Shown here: piece after piece, positions 60,791 through 64,000 of the stretch
Layout: the number at the start of each line of letters is the position of its first letter
How positions within the stretch are numbered: position 1 is the first letter of the stretch
Source of the DNA: Lama glama
Lineage: Eukaryota
Direction: 5' to 3'
Length of the DNA stretch: 64,000 bases
Assembly (NCBI GenBank): GCA_028534125.1
Contig: CM052816.1
Span: 1,860,001-1,924,000, forward strand
Position numbers and translations under genes: made by a program
The notes under the pieces: generated by a model
Seen by the model: only the letters and a program-made list of their open reading frames with translations
Database searches by the model: none
What the model was told of the DNA's origin: nothing

Positions 60791-62621
60791 TATATGTTGT
60801 ATATTTACACTTTTATGTCTTAATTTTTTATATTGATTAGGGGTTAACCCATTTAGTACTTCTGAAATGCTGGACATGTGAGCTGATGATGAAGCGTGTT
60901 TAGTATTAATCTTGAGACATAAGTTTTAAATTGTACAGAGCACTTATTTTCATGTAAAAAAACGTTTGAAGCAATCCCTTCTATCTCCCCCTACTTCCTT
61001 TCCTGATGCCCTTTAGAAACCCTTATGTGATCTGTCCACACATCTATTTAAAGCCAGGGTTGGTCTCCACCCTTGCTGCCTTGATTCTGCAACATTCATA
61101 AAGTGGAAGACATTTCTGAGTTTTAAAGAATGTTCTTCTCCAGATCTCTGTAGAGCTTCTGTTTTGGCAAGACACTTATGCTCAGTGACTGAAAGTCTGG
61201 GATTCAATTATTATTCCATTGAGTTAATTCCACCAGTAAATGGTGATAGAATTCAGAGCTCTAACCTACAATAACGTGGAATTTTAAAAAGGTACTTGAA
61301 ATCCTTGAAAGCGGACTCAGAGACATTTAAACTACATATGACAGGGAACCAAATTGTGAAATGTTCTCTCTGTAATCTTCGCTGAAGAGATGTGCTCTGG
61401 AAATGATTCCTTATTCCAGGGGGAAATACAGTCTGCTCCTCTCTCCCCATTGCTGCCATTTATGAACCGTCAAGTTTTACAGCATTTTTTCTCCCCGGTG
61501 TCTCTCATAACCATTCCTTTCATTTTAACTATAGCAACCTTGTGAATGTTCTGTAACTTCATACCGTATCTTATGCACTGATTCTTTAAATAGCAGTCTA
61601 GTGTTGAAATATCAAAAAGAGCTGGAAGGAGCAGTGTGCTTTAAATACCCCCATCAGCCTATCAGCTTGGTGTCACTGAACGAAGACGTGGGGAGAGGTG
61701 CGCACAGTCAGCTTCTATGAGCCAGCGCACGCCGCTGCAGGCCAGCTCCAGCACGCCGCTGGCTGGAAGATTAACTCTTCTCAAGCACCATTTAAATCAG
61801 GCTACTCTCAAATTTAGAAATCTACCTGAACCTCTACGGTCTACCATAGAAACAGCAAATATGGTCTGTTGTCTTTTCTGTATCACAAATACTGTACTAG
61901 GCTACTTGATTGAAGGCTGCTCCCTGCTTCCCCTCTGGCCATACGGTTCTTCTCCACACAGCATCCAGGGTGTTCTTTTAAAAATCCTCATTTTATTATA
62001 TGACTGCAGGGGGGCAATGTTTGCCATACCAGGGTCTTGGCCAACAGTGTCCCATGGAGTGGTGCAGTGGCCATCCTCAGTACCTATGGCATCTCCTTAA
62101 AATCCTCAGTGGTTTTCCATTACACTTAGGGATTCGTGTAGTATTTGTATTTGCATAGTGGACGACTTAACATGGTCTCTGAGGGTCCGTATAACCAGGC
62201 CCAAGCTCCCTCTCCATCCAGCCCCGTCTGGGCTACTCTCCCTCTCATTCGTTTTGTTCCAGATGATTCCTTCAGTTCCTGGACCACATCAAGCTGTTTC
62301 CAGGATTCCACCTGGAACTCTTCTCTCCCTGTTCATCCTCTGGTAACCTCTTTGTCTGAAGTCTTTGCTCATAAGACACTTTATCTTGGAGAGGCCTTTC
62401 CTTGAAGCCCTAATCTAAATTAAGCCCCTTCAGTTAGTCTCTTTCATGGCATCATATTCTTTCCCTTCAAGGCACTAGAGAGGATACTGTCAGTATGAGA
62501 TTTTTGGTGTCATTGATGGCAGTTTTTGTGTCCAGAAAGGATTAGCTATGATTTAGTTTGGTTTTAAAATGTAATACTCCACTTAAGGTTATAAGATCAA
62601 CAATCTGTTCATCCTTAAGCC

Positions 62622-63077
62622 TATCAACTGAAGAAAAATGCACAACAAAAAGTTGTTGAGTTATGTTTTATCTGGGACCTTACCGAGGACAGCGTCTCCG
62701 ATAGCTCTGAGGGACTGCTCTGAAGAGGGAAGGGAGGAACCAGGAAGAACATGTAGGAGTTTTTTTGCTGAAAAAAAAGCATGTAGGCAAACATCAAAAG
62801 ATTACTGCTAATCACAAAACAACAGACACCTCGAATGATTTTAGTGCTTTTCTAAGTATGAGAAGATGCAAGAGTCTGAGCTCATTGAAATAATTTCTTA
62901 GGTATGCATTTTAGCAATCTAGGGCCAGTATCCTTTTTTTCTCCATCCTGAATTCCCTTCAAGACGTATTGTTGGGGGCAGCTGTAGGGCCTGATGTTGG
63001 GCAGCATTTATAGTTTATTGGAATGGCAGGCAACATCCTTTATTTACTAAAATGGCAGGCAGTGTTTTTTGTCCACA
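62622..63077 (-). mobile_element. Solo ERV1 LTR, MER41-like (cetartiodactyl type), 4-bp TSD
   Basis: AAATGCACAAC...GATAGCTCTGAGGGACTGCTC...AACATCAAAAGATTACTG...GAAGATGCAAGAGTCTG resembles my recollection of MER41_BT-type LTRs; termini TA(TG)...CA; TSD AGCC at 62618-62621 and 63078-63081. Confidence 0.7.
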
Positions 63078-63490
63078 AGCCTCTAAATTTAAAATAAAAA
63101 TTACATTGTTCTATTTATAAGTAGAGAAGACTTTTTACATTCACTTTAAGGGGAACTTCGTTAACGCATGAGGCAATTTACAAACTTAATTTTAGTTTCT
63201 CAAACGTTTTAAATTACATTTTTAAATTTAATGTAGTTCTTTTTGTCTTAAGTCATTGTCTGACAAATAATTTAAGTAACTGTAGTATGTTAAACATAAA
63301 TATGATATTAGATTCTCTTAAATGTTTCAATGCTGCCTTTAAATTTAGTAAAGTGTTCTTATTAATTGAACTTAGAATCACAAATCTAATTGATTGTTAA
63401 ATTATGTAGTATAAATTGAAATCACAAAGGCAGTTCTGTTTGATTTGCTAATATACTAAGTTCTCCAAAACATTACAAGTATTCTACATA

Positions 63491-64000
63491 GCTGGAGAAA
63501 AGGGAACCCTCCTACACTGTTGGTGGGAAACTAGTTTGGTGCAGCCACTGTGGAAAACAGTGTGGAGATTCCTTAAAAAACTGAAGATAGACTTACTGGA
63601 TGATCCAGCAATCCCATTCCTGGGCATATATCCAGAGGGAACTCTAATTCAAAAAGACACCTGCACCCCAATGTTCATAGCAGCACTATATACAACAGCC
63701 AAGACATGGAAACAACCTAAATGACCATCAACAGATGACTGGATAAAGAAGCTGTGGTATATTTATACAATGGAATACTATTCAGCCATAAGAAATGATA
63801 AAATGATGCCATTTGCGGCAACATGGATGGACCTAGAGATTGTCATTCTAAGTGAAGTAAGCCAGAAAAAGAAAGAAAAATACCATGTGATATCACTTAT
63901 ATATGGAATCTAGAAAAATGTAAATGAACTTATTTACAAAACAGGAACAGACCCACAGACATAGAAAACAAATTTATGCTTACCAGGGGATAAAGAGGGT
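63491..64000 (+). mobile_element. L1 ORF2 C-terminal fragment running off the window
   Basis: ORF 63536..63724 [32 protein letters not shown]...CTPMFIAAL. Confidence 0.9.

Noticed and set aside
60017..60836. 173-aa and 154-aa ORFs
   Set aside because: Sense and antisense readings of a decayed L1 ORF2, not host genes.
61560..61800. Small CpG-enriched patch with TTTAAATA motifs and repeated GCACGCCGCTG, considered as the UBLCP1 promoter
   Set aside because: Far too short and CpG-poor for a housekeeping CpG-island promoter, and no UBLCP1 coding exons lie between it and the gap.

Overview
Mammalian genomic DNA, most likely from a camelid (inferred from a vic-1-like tRNA-derived SINE and an artiodactyl-type p40 protein). 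It covers the IL12B-UBLCP1 locus. The complete IL12B gene (IL-12/IL-23 p40) is on the + strand at about 17810-31897: 8 exons, all introns GT-AG, a 993-nt CDS encoding 330 aa, a recognisable promoter (Ets, NF-kB, C/EBP, ISRE-like, TATA) and an AU-rich 3'UTR. The last five exons and 3'UTR of UBLCP1 lie convergently on the - strand (about 38495-48726). I could not find its earlier exons or promoter; they are probably lost in a 500-N placeholder gap at 48931-49430. The rest is ordinary repeat-rich DNA (L1, L2, MIR, MER5A, MER33, MLT1, a MER41-like LTR, SINEs). I found no convincing new biological system. The best leads are regulatory and are motif-based inferences: a CpG island with NF-kB/PU.1/CTCF motifs about 1.1 kb upstream, an Oct/ATF-C/EBP/ISRE cluster about 9 kb upstream, divergent CTCF motifs bracketing IL12B, and CpG-rich exons 5 and 7 with a G-run array behind the stop-codon exon.
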